A stretch of DNA of 31,331 nucleotides from a virus (lineage: Duplodnaviria; Caudoviricetes). The stretch spans positions 1 through 31,331 of IMG/VR virus record IMGVR_UViG_3300030376_005329. One strand, 5' to 3'. The notes under the pieces were generated by a model that was given only the letters and a program-made list of their open reading frames with translations, was not told where the DNA came from and did no database searches. A program made the translations under genes and the position numbers. Shown here in pieces: positions 1-8,132 of this stretch. How positions within the stretch are numbered: the first letter of the stretch is position 1; each line of letters opens with the position of its first letter.

Positions 1-137
1 CCCCATACTTTACGCAGTTCAACTATCACGCTGTTGAGTATGGGTCTGATCTTGTCATATTCGGTGCCCTGTAAATATCGTTTACGCCATCGAGCCAGTT
101 CTATCAGGGCCTGCCATTGATTGTTCTTTTTCTTCAT
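1..137 (-). CDS. 5' part of the 81-aa hypothetical protein (duplicate of 30804..31049, truncated by the window edge)
   Basis: Lies within the terminal repeat and reads MKKKNNQWQALIEL... Confidence 0.75.
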   Translation of the reverse strand, partial: MKKKNNQWQALIELARWRKRYLQGTEYDKIRPILNSVIVELRKVW

Positions 138-419
138 TGAGCGTAGTCCACTGTGGTTTCGTGTTGCTCACGGTGTTGGGCCAGTTTGCTTTCAAACACA
201 CGTAGCATCTGCTGGTGTAAGTCCAAATCATTCTCGGATTCCCAAAGTGCCACCTCAACATCATCATCTTCTAGGTATTCAAAGGCCCACCAGTCTATCC
301 TTTCCGGTTCCACCTGGTCTGGGTCGTCAGGATCGTATCCCTGTTCCTCCGCCCAGTCCGCCATCTGGTCCCAAACATCGTTGTTATGGGCCGGATATAG
401 GTCTGAACCTGTGCCTTCG
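1..419. repeat. Terminal direct repeat, left copy (matches 30913-31331)
   Basis: Direct comparison: 419 bp identical except positions 11 (T/C), 36 (G/A) and 105 (C/T). It cuts through two ORFs, consistent with a circular or permuted assembly overlap. Confidence 0.97.
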
Positions 420-526
420 TATTGGCCTTGATCATATTCACCATAGCCACCATACACAGATGTCTCGCCCTCCGCATTGGTCCATTTGTAGAATTCTGCG
501 TAAAAAAGTTTCTTTTGTTTTGTCAT
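134..526 (-). CDS. Acidic hypothetical early protein (130 aa, MTKQKKLFYAEF...)
   Basis: AAGGAG RBS 8 nt before the ATG at 526; sigma70 promoter upstream; ATGA overlap with the next gene. Confidence 0.8.
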   Translation of the reverse strand: MTKQKKLFYAEFYKWTNAEGETSVYGGYGEYDQGQYEGTGSDLYPAHNNDVWDQMADWAEEQGYDPDDPDQVEPERIDWWAFEYLEDDDVEVALWESENDLDLHQQMLRVFESKLAQHREQHETTVDYAQ

Positions 527-668
527 TAGTTTTTCTCCTTGCTTTGTTTCTCCTTTTTTTGTGCCTGGCATCCGGGATATTGGCATCTGGACACCTGGCA
601 CCACTTTTTAATAGGTCACTGATGACATGAACAAAAAAAAACTAAAAGTGTCATCTTTGACTTGTGTA

Positions 669-697
669 ATAGTAGCACATAATGATGATGACGTCAA
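669..697 (-). promoter_or_regulatory. sigma70-type promoter TTGACG-17-TACTAT with extended TG
   Basis: Read directly on the minus strand, upstream of the 134..526 gene. Confidence 0.75.
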
Positions 698-733
698 CTG
701 CGTTGGTAATCTAATCCGCCGTGCCAACTGTTG

Positions 734-739
734 TAAATA
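734..739 (+). promoter_or_regulatory. TAAATA late-promoter-like box upstream of hairpin RNA A
   Basis: TGTAAATA, intergenic, 5 nt before a 12-bp stem. Confidence 0.55.
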
Positions 740-744
740 CTGTT

Positions 745-808
745 GGTTGCTTGGCACCCTATCGATACATAGTTGCCATACTACAATCCTAAAGAATGCT
801 GGGCAACC
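745..808 (+). ncRNA. Putative small hairpin RNA A
   Basis: Stem 745-756 (GGTTGCTTGGCA) / 797-808 (TGCTGGGCAACC): 12 bp with 3 G-U pairs that form only on the + strand; 40-nt loop. Confidence 0.55.
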
Positions 809-861
809 TCACTCCAAAACACACCTTTAAACGCACACAGAGCCACGCACAAAGAAAAAAT

Positions 862-891
862 TTGACATCCTGCACAGTTGGGCTATATACT
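862..891 (+). promoter_or_regulatory. sigma70-type promoter TTGACA-18-TATACT with upstream A-tract
   Basis: Read directly; no credible CDS downstream. Confidence 0.7.
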
Positions 892-897
892 TGTGAA

Positions 898-1310
898 TCA
901 GGCAACTATAGGCACAGATAGGCACACAAACAATTTCCCACAAGGCGACATAGCAACAACAAAACGTACCCAAGAGTTGATCACAACCTCTGATTGTGTA
1001 GGCCAGTTGCGGCTGAACTTGTTAGGCTTTGACAAGCAAATCTATGAGCAGTCATGCTGACGCACTTTGATGACTTTTGTGTGTCAGGCTTTGTACACTT
1101 GGACTCAAGTCAACCACGGTTCACCTGGTGTGTGCAATGACGGAAGTCGGAGGACCCAGTGATGGGTTTGGTAAGATACGAAACACCCTCTACCACAACG
1201 CTTGGATGTAGTGAACCTAACTGGAGAAGATTTTGCTAAAAGTCTTCTTGCGGCGAAGCAGAAAAAGAAAAAAGACGTCAGTCTTTTTTGAGTGAGTGTA
1301 ACTCACTCCC
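898..1310 (+). ncRNA. Putative ~400-nt structured non-coding RNA and/or replication origin region
   Basis: No credible ORF. Many stems (CTTGTTA/TGACAAG, CTGACGCAC/GTGTGTCAG, GGTTCAC/GTGAACC, GAC-GGAA-GTC), bounded by a promoter and a hairpin cluster. Confidence 0.45.
1262..1289. terminator. Probable bidirectional terminator-like hairpin AAAAAAGAC-GTCA-GTCTTTTTT
   Basis: Perfect 9-bp inverted repeat with T-tracts on both strands, where convergent transcription units meet. The stem is AT-rich and weak. Confidence 0.5.
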
Positions 1311-1338
1311 ACACTGCCACCCCGGACTGTTCCGATAA

Positions 1339-1413
1339 GACCCAGTGCCCCAATCCAGAAAAAATGTTTATAGCCAGGGCACCGAGTCGTCCCGTATTTT
1401 GGAGATATAGGAC
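1339..1413 (-). ncRNA. Putative two-hairpin small RNA B
   Basis: TAAATA at 1419-1424 (minus), then 5 nt, stem 1413-1405/1397-1389 (loop CUCCAAA) and a 14-bp stem 1388-1375/1352-1339 with 4 G-U pairs valid only on the minus strand. Confidence 0.55.
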
Positions 1414-1421
1414 ACTGGTAT

Positions 1422-1649
1422 TTAACGACCATAACTGTGACTACAGAAGCGGCACTTCAAGGTCCTAACACCACGCCAGTAACGGGCCACATAGCCGGAA
1501 TGGCGATTGCGCCTGCAGGTGGGCACACGTTTGGGTGCTATCCAGTCGTGTTCGGTGCTGATCCGGTTGGGACCTTTGTGGCTCTCACGCGGTGGCCTAC
1601 GTCTGTAGCCCAACTGTTCAAGTCGCTGTTGGAATAGATGGGGTTTCAT
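1422..1649 (-). CDS. Small basic hypothetical protein (75 aa), possible Zn-binding C-terminus (C...H...CxxC)
   Basis: GAGGT RBS and TAAATA box upstream; the stop codon overlaps the next TAAATA. Confidence 0.6.
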   Translation of the reverse strand: MKPHLFQQRLEQLGYRRRPPRESHKGPNRISTEHDWIAPKRVPTCRRNRHSGYVARYWRGVRTLKCRFCSHSYGR

Positions 1650-1668
1650 TGCTCACTGACCTCACCAG

Positions 1669-1678
1669 TATTTAAATA
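1669..1678. promoter_or_regulatory. Palindromic TATTTAAATA: divergent pair of late-promoter-like boxes
   Basis: Sits in the 36-bp gap between divergent genes 1422..1649 (-) and 1686..2207 (+). Confidence 0.65.
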
Positions 1679-1685
1679 GATCCAT

Positions 1686-2207
1686 ATGCACAGTGGTAAA
1701 AAGGCTATCGTTTGGTTCAATGGTCCGTCGGCACGACAGTTATGGGACATGGATCCATGTCACGTGGAGATAGGTTGCAATTTCATCCAACAGCACCGTG
1801 ACGTGGATCACGTGTGTGCGTATGACCGACCGTGCATAGAAAAGATCCAGCAGAGTCCGGGTGTGCAGTACTGGACCAGGCACGCACTGCGATCAGACAC
1901 CTGGCCAGCACCAGAATCCAGATTCCAACCATTCGACAGCGGCACATTGGCCGTTGTGGTGGCACACCAACTGCGTGTGGAGAGCATGTACATCATAGGT
2001 TGTGATTGGCAACACACCAACGAGAGCGTGTTCGATAGGGCCTACACCTGGAGGAACTACCAGCCCAAGAAGGCCAGCCTCCCCAAACAGAAATTGCTGG
2101 AACGCATAAACCTGTCAGTGCCCATAACAGTGGTCACGGATCGCCCGTGGAGGATGGAGGTGGATTTCATCCGACCCAAAGAATTTTTAAGAGATATTAG
2201 GAACTAG
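1686..2207 (+). CDS. CstII/Maf/MptE(DUF115)-like transferase, putative glycosyltransferase (173 aa)
   Basis: Motif series AIVWFNGPS...IGCN...D...DSG..A...A..L....MYIIGCD resembles this family. It is the only clear + strand gene. Confidence 0.65.
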   Translation: MHSGKKAIVWFNGPSARQLWDMDPCHVEIGCNFIQQHRDVDHVCAYDRPCIEKIQQSPGVQYWTRHALRSDTWPAPESRFQPFDSGTLAVVVAHQLRVESMYIIGCDWQHTNESVFDRAYTWRNYQPKKASLPKQKLLERINLSVPITVVTDRPWRMEVDFIRPKEFLRDIRN

Positions 2208-2628
2208 GTACTTCAGTGTTGTCGTCGAAGTATCTCCACACACCACCGGAGTAGTATGCGGGTTTTGTTACCGTGGAATCACCATCGCTCATCATGGCCA
2301 TCATTCCGTCTGCCAAGTTGCTGACAGCGTAGGCCGCCGTCCTTGTGATGGGATTGAGTTTGATGATGTCTTCTACTGCCACAATGCCAGTGGCAGGATC
2401 AAGTGTCAAGTCAGTTGAACCGCTTGAGTTGATCTCGTCCGGCATCTGTGCTGAAGGTATCTTGGTGTCAGCGTCCAATGAAGCCACGCCATTCACGGCG
2501 CCCCTACCATTGATAACATTCTGTAATTCTAAAAGTGCGTTTAATAATTCAACCCTCGCTTGTGCCGGTGAATCATCAGCACTGTCAAGGTGTGTTGTTG
2601 TTACGTTTCCTACTGTGGCCCAAGCCAT
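2197..2628 (-). CDS. Small tail-tip/fibre-associated protein (143 aa)
   Basis: AAGGAG RBS; NGVASLDADTKIPSAQ and ITLDP-type fibre motifs; last gene of the tail operon. Confidence 0.7.
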   Translation of the reverse strand: MAWATVGNVTTTHLDSADDSPAQARVELLNALLELQNVINGRGAVNGVASLDADTKIPSAQMPDEINSSGSTDLTLDPATGIVAVEDIIKLNPITRTAAYAVSNLADGMMAMMSDGDSTVTKPAYYSGGVWRYFDDNTEVPSS

Positions 2629-2655
2629 ATGTTGTTCTCCTTGTGTTGTTTGTAT

Positions 2656-5652
2656 TTAAACTACTTCCCACCTACCCAACTGTAAATCAGTTACAAATTC
2701 CTTACTGCTGGTGTGTGTCTCCAGACATCTCCATCTCCTACGATTGTGTAATCTGTATTGGTCCTTGGTCTGTGTGGCGAAACGCACCCATGGTGCGATG
2801 TCTGGTCCTTGGCCGGACTGACCACCCCTGGTTTTGACAAGGGTTTCATCTACCTTGTTGAGATCATAGTGTTTAGGATTACCAGAACCCTCTATCCTGA
2901 ATATTTCAAATGCACTGCCAGAACTGAGGTAGGTCTCGCCCAAGAGGCTGTGTGCTATCAAAGGTATGCCAAACACAGTGAATGTGCTGTTCTCATTGGC
3001 TGTCTTGAACACAATGCTGGACCTCTCACGTGAGATGTAGTTGGTGCTGAGTGACTGTGTGTTTCTTGCACCAGCGGTCAGCCTGTTGTAGCCTGGGGGA
3101 ATCCCACCAGCCCAAAATATCCTGTTGTCTGCCTCTGACACATCACTTACAAACCATATCTTCCATTTGGCCCTGGTCACATCACTACTACTGGTGTGGG
3201 TGACGCCACCAATGGACGCAAACAGTTGGATGGATCGTAATTCATCTGCGGCCATCACACTGTCAGCACTGATGGCAAAACTGGTAGTGTCAGCACTGTC
3301 TAATGTTAAAGGTAAACTGTCGTCTGTGCCCGCGGACGGACTGTGTCCGTTGAGGCCAAAAAATGCCTCGATTGCTGGTGGTGCCTCAGATGAACTGTCA
3401 GCACGTTCTATCTCTGACACATTAACATACAAGGTACCATTTGTTGGTAGGTCTAGATCTACGAAGATTGGCGCGGCTCTGATGCCCGACGAAGAAGTTA
3501 CGTTAGTGGTGTATGTGGTAATCACTATGGGATCATTCACGTCACCACGTGGTGTGGTCTTGGTCTGGATGGTGTCTGTGAAACTGCCAAAGTATTCCTT
3601 AACGGTCTGTTCCGCCTGTCTTTTGCTTGGCAAACCAAAACTGCTGGGTGATCCACCCGAGAAGCCCGCCGCACCTGACCTCTCTATTGCGGGCCTGTAC
3701 ACAACCTCTTCGTTGGCATCGACATGCTTGATGTCAGCGAACGGTGATAAAAAATTGACCAATTTGTGACCGAGATCCTTGATGTAAGGCTCGCCGCTGG
3801 CGTTTGGTGTGATGATGTATCCGGGTGTGTGTAAAGACAGTGTTCTACTTGTTGAAGTGTTTATAGGATTCGTCAATCCTGTATCCGCGAACAGTTCTAT
3901 CTCTGTCGTGCTCCTGACCTTGACATGGCTGATACCGTGCAATTTGTGTGCGTCAAAACCATCCATATGCCCTGTACTGCCAGTGCCCTCATTTGGGTAA
4001 CTGTGTGGATTCCTAAACAGTCCTGGCCTAACCATTATCTTGTCTCCATCGGACAGACCGTGTGCGGTCCTTGTGGTTATGATTACACCCGCGCCTGATG
4101 ATGAGTTGTCGCTTATTGAACTAATCATCTTCGTGTTGGTATTGGCCAGTCTAAAATCGTGATCGAACCTTAGAGATGACGCATTGCTTTTTTTGAATGA
4201 ATATATCCCGCCCTCGTACACGGTTGAACTGTTGTCACTGACCTCGTAGTAAGGCAGTCCCATGAAGAAGCGTCTTTCACTGTTGTTGTTGGTTTCTAAT
4301 TCCTCTGCCACCAGTTGCTGGTCGATCGAATATGCGATCTGTAGGATTCCCCTTGGCCTCATGCCTTGATTGTATTGTGAATTGCTTGAAAGTGAATCAA
4401 CTTTTGTAGTATCCAATAGCGATTGGCTTTCTGTTATCTGTTCTGCGGGAAGATAACCTGCACTGGGTAATGTCAAACTGTAATTGGTGCTGGACGTCGT
4501 GATCAGACCACTGCCAAACGGTCCATCATTTTTCAATTCCGTTATTGGATTGAGATCTGTGATCAATGCGTGTCTATTTGAACCATTTGCTGTTGGAGTC
4601 CAAGCGTTGAACTGTGTGGTCGCACCGCCCAACTCATCTCGCCCTTGTCCATAGGCACATAAGAAACCATCCGTGGTGGTAATGTCAAGGTTCTTGAAAC
4701 CAGTGACCGGTTGGTCAAAAGCAATCGAGCCTGTTGTAACTTCTATTTGACTTCTTGGATTTATCCACCAGTATTCCCAATCACCCCATGTCTGTGGTAT
4801 CAACTTCAATTGTCTTGGTTTTGGTGCTGTAGACCCTTCGCCTTCGTTGAAGAATAAACAGATTAAAGTGTTTATGTCCCAAGCCGTATTATCGGAGCCG
4901 TCAAACGTGGGATCCATGTCAATCAGTTGTCTGTCAGTGCTAATACCAAGTCCCACTGAGTGAACATTCTGTGTCAAGAACGCATCCTTCCTTATCCTGA
5001 AAGCATCAACCTTAGCACTCAACAAGTAGTCTCCTGTGCTGTTGCCACCTATCACAAAATTGTTTGAAGTGTTGGTGATGCCTGCACTGGCTGACGTAGT
5101 GCTGTCCAGTACGTTGTTGATGTAAATTTTTATCTCGCTGTTATCATACACGATCTTTACGTCGTGGAAGTCATCGATGCCTATCGTGGCAGTAGATGTG
5201 ATCGAATTCAGTGTTGAACCGTCATTGTAATAGAATTTAAACTTTCTGTTGGCATCTATGGTGCCTGCGTAATCAACCGTCCTGCTTGATCCATCATCCG
5301 TGAGTAATCCGCCCTCTCCGGCGGCAAACACCACACCTTCGTGTGCTGTCTGGAAGTTTGTGGTTGAAGTGCTGTCTGAGTCTATCCTGATATAGAAATC
5401 AATTGTCCAAGCGGATCTATTTGATAGCCTTAACGCATCGGTGTAATTGATACGCCAGTAACCTGCGTTCTCTGGCGTGAATTCTGTAGTTCCTGTACCG
5501 TTGAGGCCATCGCCAGCAGAGAGTGTTACACCTCCAACTGCTGTGATCGTGAAGTATGCGCCACTGCCGTTGCCTAGGTCATCCCAACGACTGAAATCTA
5601 TTGGGAAAATTATGTTATCTCCTGTGTCTCTCCATCCTGATGTGATTGGCAT
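2656..5652 (-). CDS. Large virion protein with LamG/concanavalin-A-like lectin domain (998 aa)
   Basis: WTIDFYIR...FHDVKIVYDNSEIKIYINN...FVIGG...VDAFRI pattern; ITTRTAHGLSDGDKI motif common in virion proteins; follows the tail tip gene. Confidence 0.75.
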   Translation of the reverse strand: MPITSGWRDTGDNIIFPIDFSRWDDLGNGSGAYFTITAVGGVTLSAGDGLNGTGTTEFTPENAGYWRINYTDALRLSNRSAWTIDFYIRIDSDSTSTTNFQTAHEGVVFAAGEGGLLTDDGSSRTVDYAGTIDANRKFKFYYNDGSTLNSITSTATIGIDDFHDVKIVYDNSEIKIYINNVLDSTTSASAGITNTSNNFVIGGNSTGDYLLSAKVDAFRIRKDAFLTQNVHSVGLGISTDRQLIDMDPTFDGSDNTAWDINTLICLFFNEGEGSTAPKPRQLKLIPQTWGDWEYWWINPRSQIEVTTGSIAFDQPVTGFKNLDITTTDGFLCAYGQGRDELGGATTQFNAWTPTANGSNRHALITDLNPITELKNDGPFGSGLITTSSTNYSLTLPSAGYLPAEQITESQSLLDTTKVDSLSSNSQYNQGMRPRGILQIAYSIDQQLVAEELETNNNSERRFFMGLPYYEVSDNSSTVYEGGIYSFKKSNASSLRFDHDFRLANTNTKMISSISDNSSSGAGVIITTRTAHGLSDGDKIMVRPGLFRNPHSYPNEGTGSTGHMDGFDAHKLHGISHVKVRSTTEIELFADTGLTNPINTSTSRTLSLHTPGYIITPNASGEPYIKDLGHKLVNFLSPFADIKHVDANEEVVYRPAIERSGAAGFSGGSPSSFGLPSKRQAEQTVKEYFGSFTDTIQTKTTPRGDVNDPIVITTYTTNVTSSSGIRAAPIFVDLDLPTNGTLYVNVSEIERADSSSEAPPAIEAFFGLNGHSPSAGTDDSLPLTLDSADTTSFAISADSVMAADELRSIQLFASIGGVTHTSSSDVTRAKWKIWFVSDVSEADNRIFWAGGIPPGYNRLTAGARNTQSLSTNYISRERSSIVFKTANENSTFTVFGIPLIAHSLLGETYLSSGSAFEIFRIEGSGNPKHYDLNKVDETLVKTRGGQSGQGPDIAPWVRFATQTKDQYRLHNRRRWRCLETHTSSKEFVTDLQLGRWEVV

Positions 5653-8132
5653 TATATCTCTCCTGTGTCGTTCCTTTTAATTGTTACTGGTGTTGTCACG
5701 GTGGTACCCGCACCACCACCACTTGATAGAGTACTAATTGCACCATCCATGTAGTTTTTAGGGAATGGGAACACGTTGTCCTCGAACTCACCACCAAAGT
5801 AAGACTTACTGCTGACACTGGTGCTGGCGAAAGAACTACGATCTCCATTTTGGTTGATTGCCCTAACCCGTATGGTCAGTTTCTGACCAGCCACGAAGAA
5901 TTCTGTCGTAACAGTGAATTCTTGGTTCCTTGTTGTACCAAGGCTGACAAACTGGGCATTGGCATCTGTGTTCTTCTTGACCTGCACTTCATATTGATTG
6001 TTGTTGGCGTTGATGTTTCCATCTTTCCACGTCACAAGCAGGTCGGACCTGTTGGTCTTACTGAACACCAATCCAGGTGTGGCCTTGCTCCGCACCAGTA
6101 ATCCTTGAGGCTGACGAAATCTATTACGAACCGTGTTGATCACAGGACGCTTCCTTAATTTATTAGTGACGAACCTGTTGAAAGATATCATGTTGTCAAA
6201 CAAGTTCACATCATCGAAATCATAGTTGTTTGGATAGTGCCTGATGGCTGTGATCTCAATGTCGCCATCCTGGTTCATGGTCATGTTTGTTATCCTGAAC
6301 ATGTGATCAAAATTTAAAGTGGTGCTGGTGACACGTATGAGGTCGCCCGCAGTAAGGTCGGTGGCTGATTCGGTGGTCTTGAATGATATGCTCTGTTGGC
6401 GCCTACTCTTGGCCACCAACACTTTGGCATAATGCGTGGCGTGGGCGGCATTAACTATGCCCGCATTGGTCACGTTGCCAACTAGGTCTTGATCATTGTC
6501 TTCTTTCCTAAAAAGTTTATACTGTGCATCGGTCTTGGGTGGCCAAACAACTGAGTTGTTCTGTGACCTTTCTTCAATATCTGTGAAATTGACTTTGATC
6601 TGGTTGAAGGTGTTTTCCAATGCCCCACCGTTGAAACTTATGCCATCAATGATGTTGTCATCGTTAAAAGTCATTGTGTGGCTGGCCTTGAGATCCGAGT
6701 CTGAAGGTATGTCATAACTGTTGTCAGGAGTGCCCGCGTTCTCTATGGTCAATTTGAATTTGCCATTGACGAAAGGCATTATACCACCCATGCTGGTCAA
6801 TATACGATTTATATTCTGTAGATGTGTCATTCCTGTGTCTATCACGAACTGCCTGTAGTAAACCGAGTTGGGATACAACAGTTTCCCGTCACCCAATTCG
6901 TCTATTCCAACGTTTCTCCTTAACCTTAAATTTGGAAAGTGTTTGATGGAGAGTACGCCTTCATAGATCAATTGGTAGTTGTTTGTTGCGAAATTACTGC
7001 CCGCGGTACTGTTCTCTGCCCTCAATCGGCCACAGGCCACCGCGGCATTGATGAAACTGTTCTGATCTATCTTGCTCAAAGGTATGCCGGCTCCATAACG
7101 ATCATTCAACATGTAGTCCAAGAGTATTTCAACAGGATTGCCTGACACATCGTAACCGTCCTGCCTAGTGGCAGTGTGTGAATAGGCCCCACTGGCAAAT
7201 GTCACAGAGTAATCTGCGGGTGCTGGCATGGTGGCTACAACACCAGTTGATGTGGTGTCAGTGTCGTGTTCATAACCTGGGTCTGCATTTTTCTCCCTGA
7301 CCAATTTTGGAACATTCTTGCCTGGCGCCATCACTACCACCCTTGGTAGGCTGGAGAAAGGGTTGGTCAGGTTGTCACCGTTCTCGTCCGTGATCTCATC
7401 ATTGTTCCATTCGAATCTTAACGCGATGTATTGTACGCCCCTCAGTCTGTGGTCATCATTCCAACGTGGGCTCTCTTTCAAAAGATCTGATGCTGGTTGT
7501 GAATCACTGCCATCGAACAATTGGAATCTTACCCTGTTCTTGAACGTGCCTGTCTTGACTTCATAGGTGGGTGGCTGTCTTAGTGCAGTTGTACCAAAAA
7601 ACAATTGCCTTCCACCGAATCTTGGATATCCATCACCCGGAAACGTTGTATCATTGACCGATACCCCTTGTTCAAACACTGTGGTGTAATTTCCAGGCTT
7701 GTATCCCCTGACTGCCCTGGCAGTCTTGATGTCACACACTTGGTCATCTATCAATAAATTCCATAATCTTGAACCGTAGTTGTCGTCCTGTGTCATACCA
7801 AGTCCTATCACACCACACATGTACAGATATTGATTCTTGTCTCCTGCGGTGTCAACGAAAATGTTCTTGACCGCACGTTCTACATATTTGCCATAACACA
7901 CCGGTATCGCTGTGTTGCTGGGCGTGAAATCCACCGTGGTGGTGTTGTCTATGGCGGCTGTCGTGTCAACGTTGAAGTCAGGTATGTCAAAACCACCAGT
8001 GAATGGACTCAACGCGATGTTGAACACACCCTTGACAGCGCCAACGGCGACGTCTACAGTCTTGTCAACTACTTTCTTTACTACATTGACCGCTTGGTCT
8101 TTCTTTCTCTGGAACCAACTACCTATTCCCAT
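5652..8132 (-). CDS. Tail tip / central fibre protein, lambda gpJ-like, with C-terminal FnIII-like domain (826 aa)
   Basis: IPVCYG, HRLRGVQYIALRF, NPVEILLDYMLNDRYGAG and LTAGDLIRVT motifs; position after the hub gene. Confidence 0.85.
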   Translation of the reverse strand: MGIGSWFQRKKDQAVNVVKKVVDKTVDVAVGAVKGVFNIALSPFTGGFDIPDFNVDTTAAIDNTTTVDFTPSNTAIPVCYGKYVERAVKNIFVDTAGDKNQYLYMCGVIGLGMTQDDNYGSRLWNLLIDDQVCDIKTARAVRGYKPGNYTTVFEQGVSVNDTTFPGDGYPRFGGRQLFFGTTALRQPPTYEVKTGTFKNRVRFQLFDGSDSQPASDLLKESPRWNDDHRLRGVQYIALRFEWNNDEITDENGDNLTNPFSSLPRVVVMAPGKNVPKLVREKNADPGYEHDTDTTSTGVVATMPAPADYSVTFASGAYSHTATRQDGYDVSGNPVEILLDYMLNDRYGAGIPLSKIDQNSFINAAVACGRLRAENSTAGSNFATNNYQLIYEGVLSIKHFPNLRLRRNVGIDELGDGKLLYPNSVYYRQFVIDTGMTHLQNINRILTSMGGIMPFVNGKFKLTIENAGTPDNSYDIPSDSDLKASHTMTFNDDNIIDGISFNGGALENTFNQIKVNFTDIEERSQNNSVVWPPKTDAQYKLFRKEDNDQDLVGNVTNAGIVNAAHATHYAKVLVAKSRRQQSISFKTTESATDLTAGDLIRVTSTTLNFDHMFRITNMTMNQDGDIEITAIRHYPNNYDFDDVNLFDNMISFNRFVTNKLRKRPVINTVRNRFRQPQGLLVRSKATPGLVFSKTNRSDLLVTWKDGNINANNNQYEVQVKKNTDANAQFVSLGTTRNQEFTVTTEFFVAGQKLTIRVRAINQNGDRSSFASTSVSSKSYFGGEFEDNVFPFPKNYMDGAISTLSSGGGAGTTVTTPVTIKRNDTGEI

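Noticed and set aside
72-77. TAAATA inside a coding region (also 30984-30989)
   Set aside because: Antisense within a gene with nothing recognisable downstream. It shows the hexamer also occurs by chance.
1-419. Repeat as attL/attR or transposon ends
   Set aside because: No integrase, transposase or host DNA; the repeat splits ordinary genes.
121-630. 169-aa + strand ORF
   Set aside because: Antisense to the well-supported 134..526 gene, with a Pro/His-rich shadow composition.
878-1060. 60-aa + strand ORF
   Set aside because: Its TTG start lies inside the promoter spacer and it has no RBS.
898-1310. tRNA, tmRNA, group I/II intron, retron or CRISPR array
   Set aside because: I could not identify a cloverleaf or T-loop, tag ORF, intron core, reverse transcriptase gene or repeat-spacer periodicity.
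1217-1432. 71-aa minus-strand ORF as a holin or membrane protein
   Set aside because: No RBS; it runs through a series of hairpins and a terminator. An RNA-level explanation fits better, though the ORF is not excluded.
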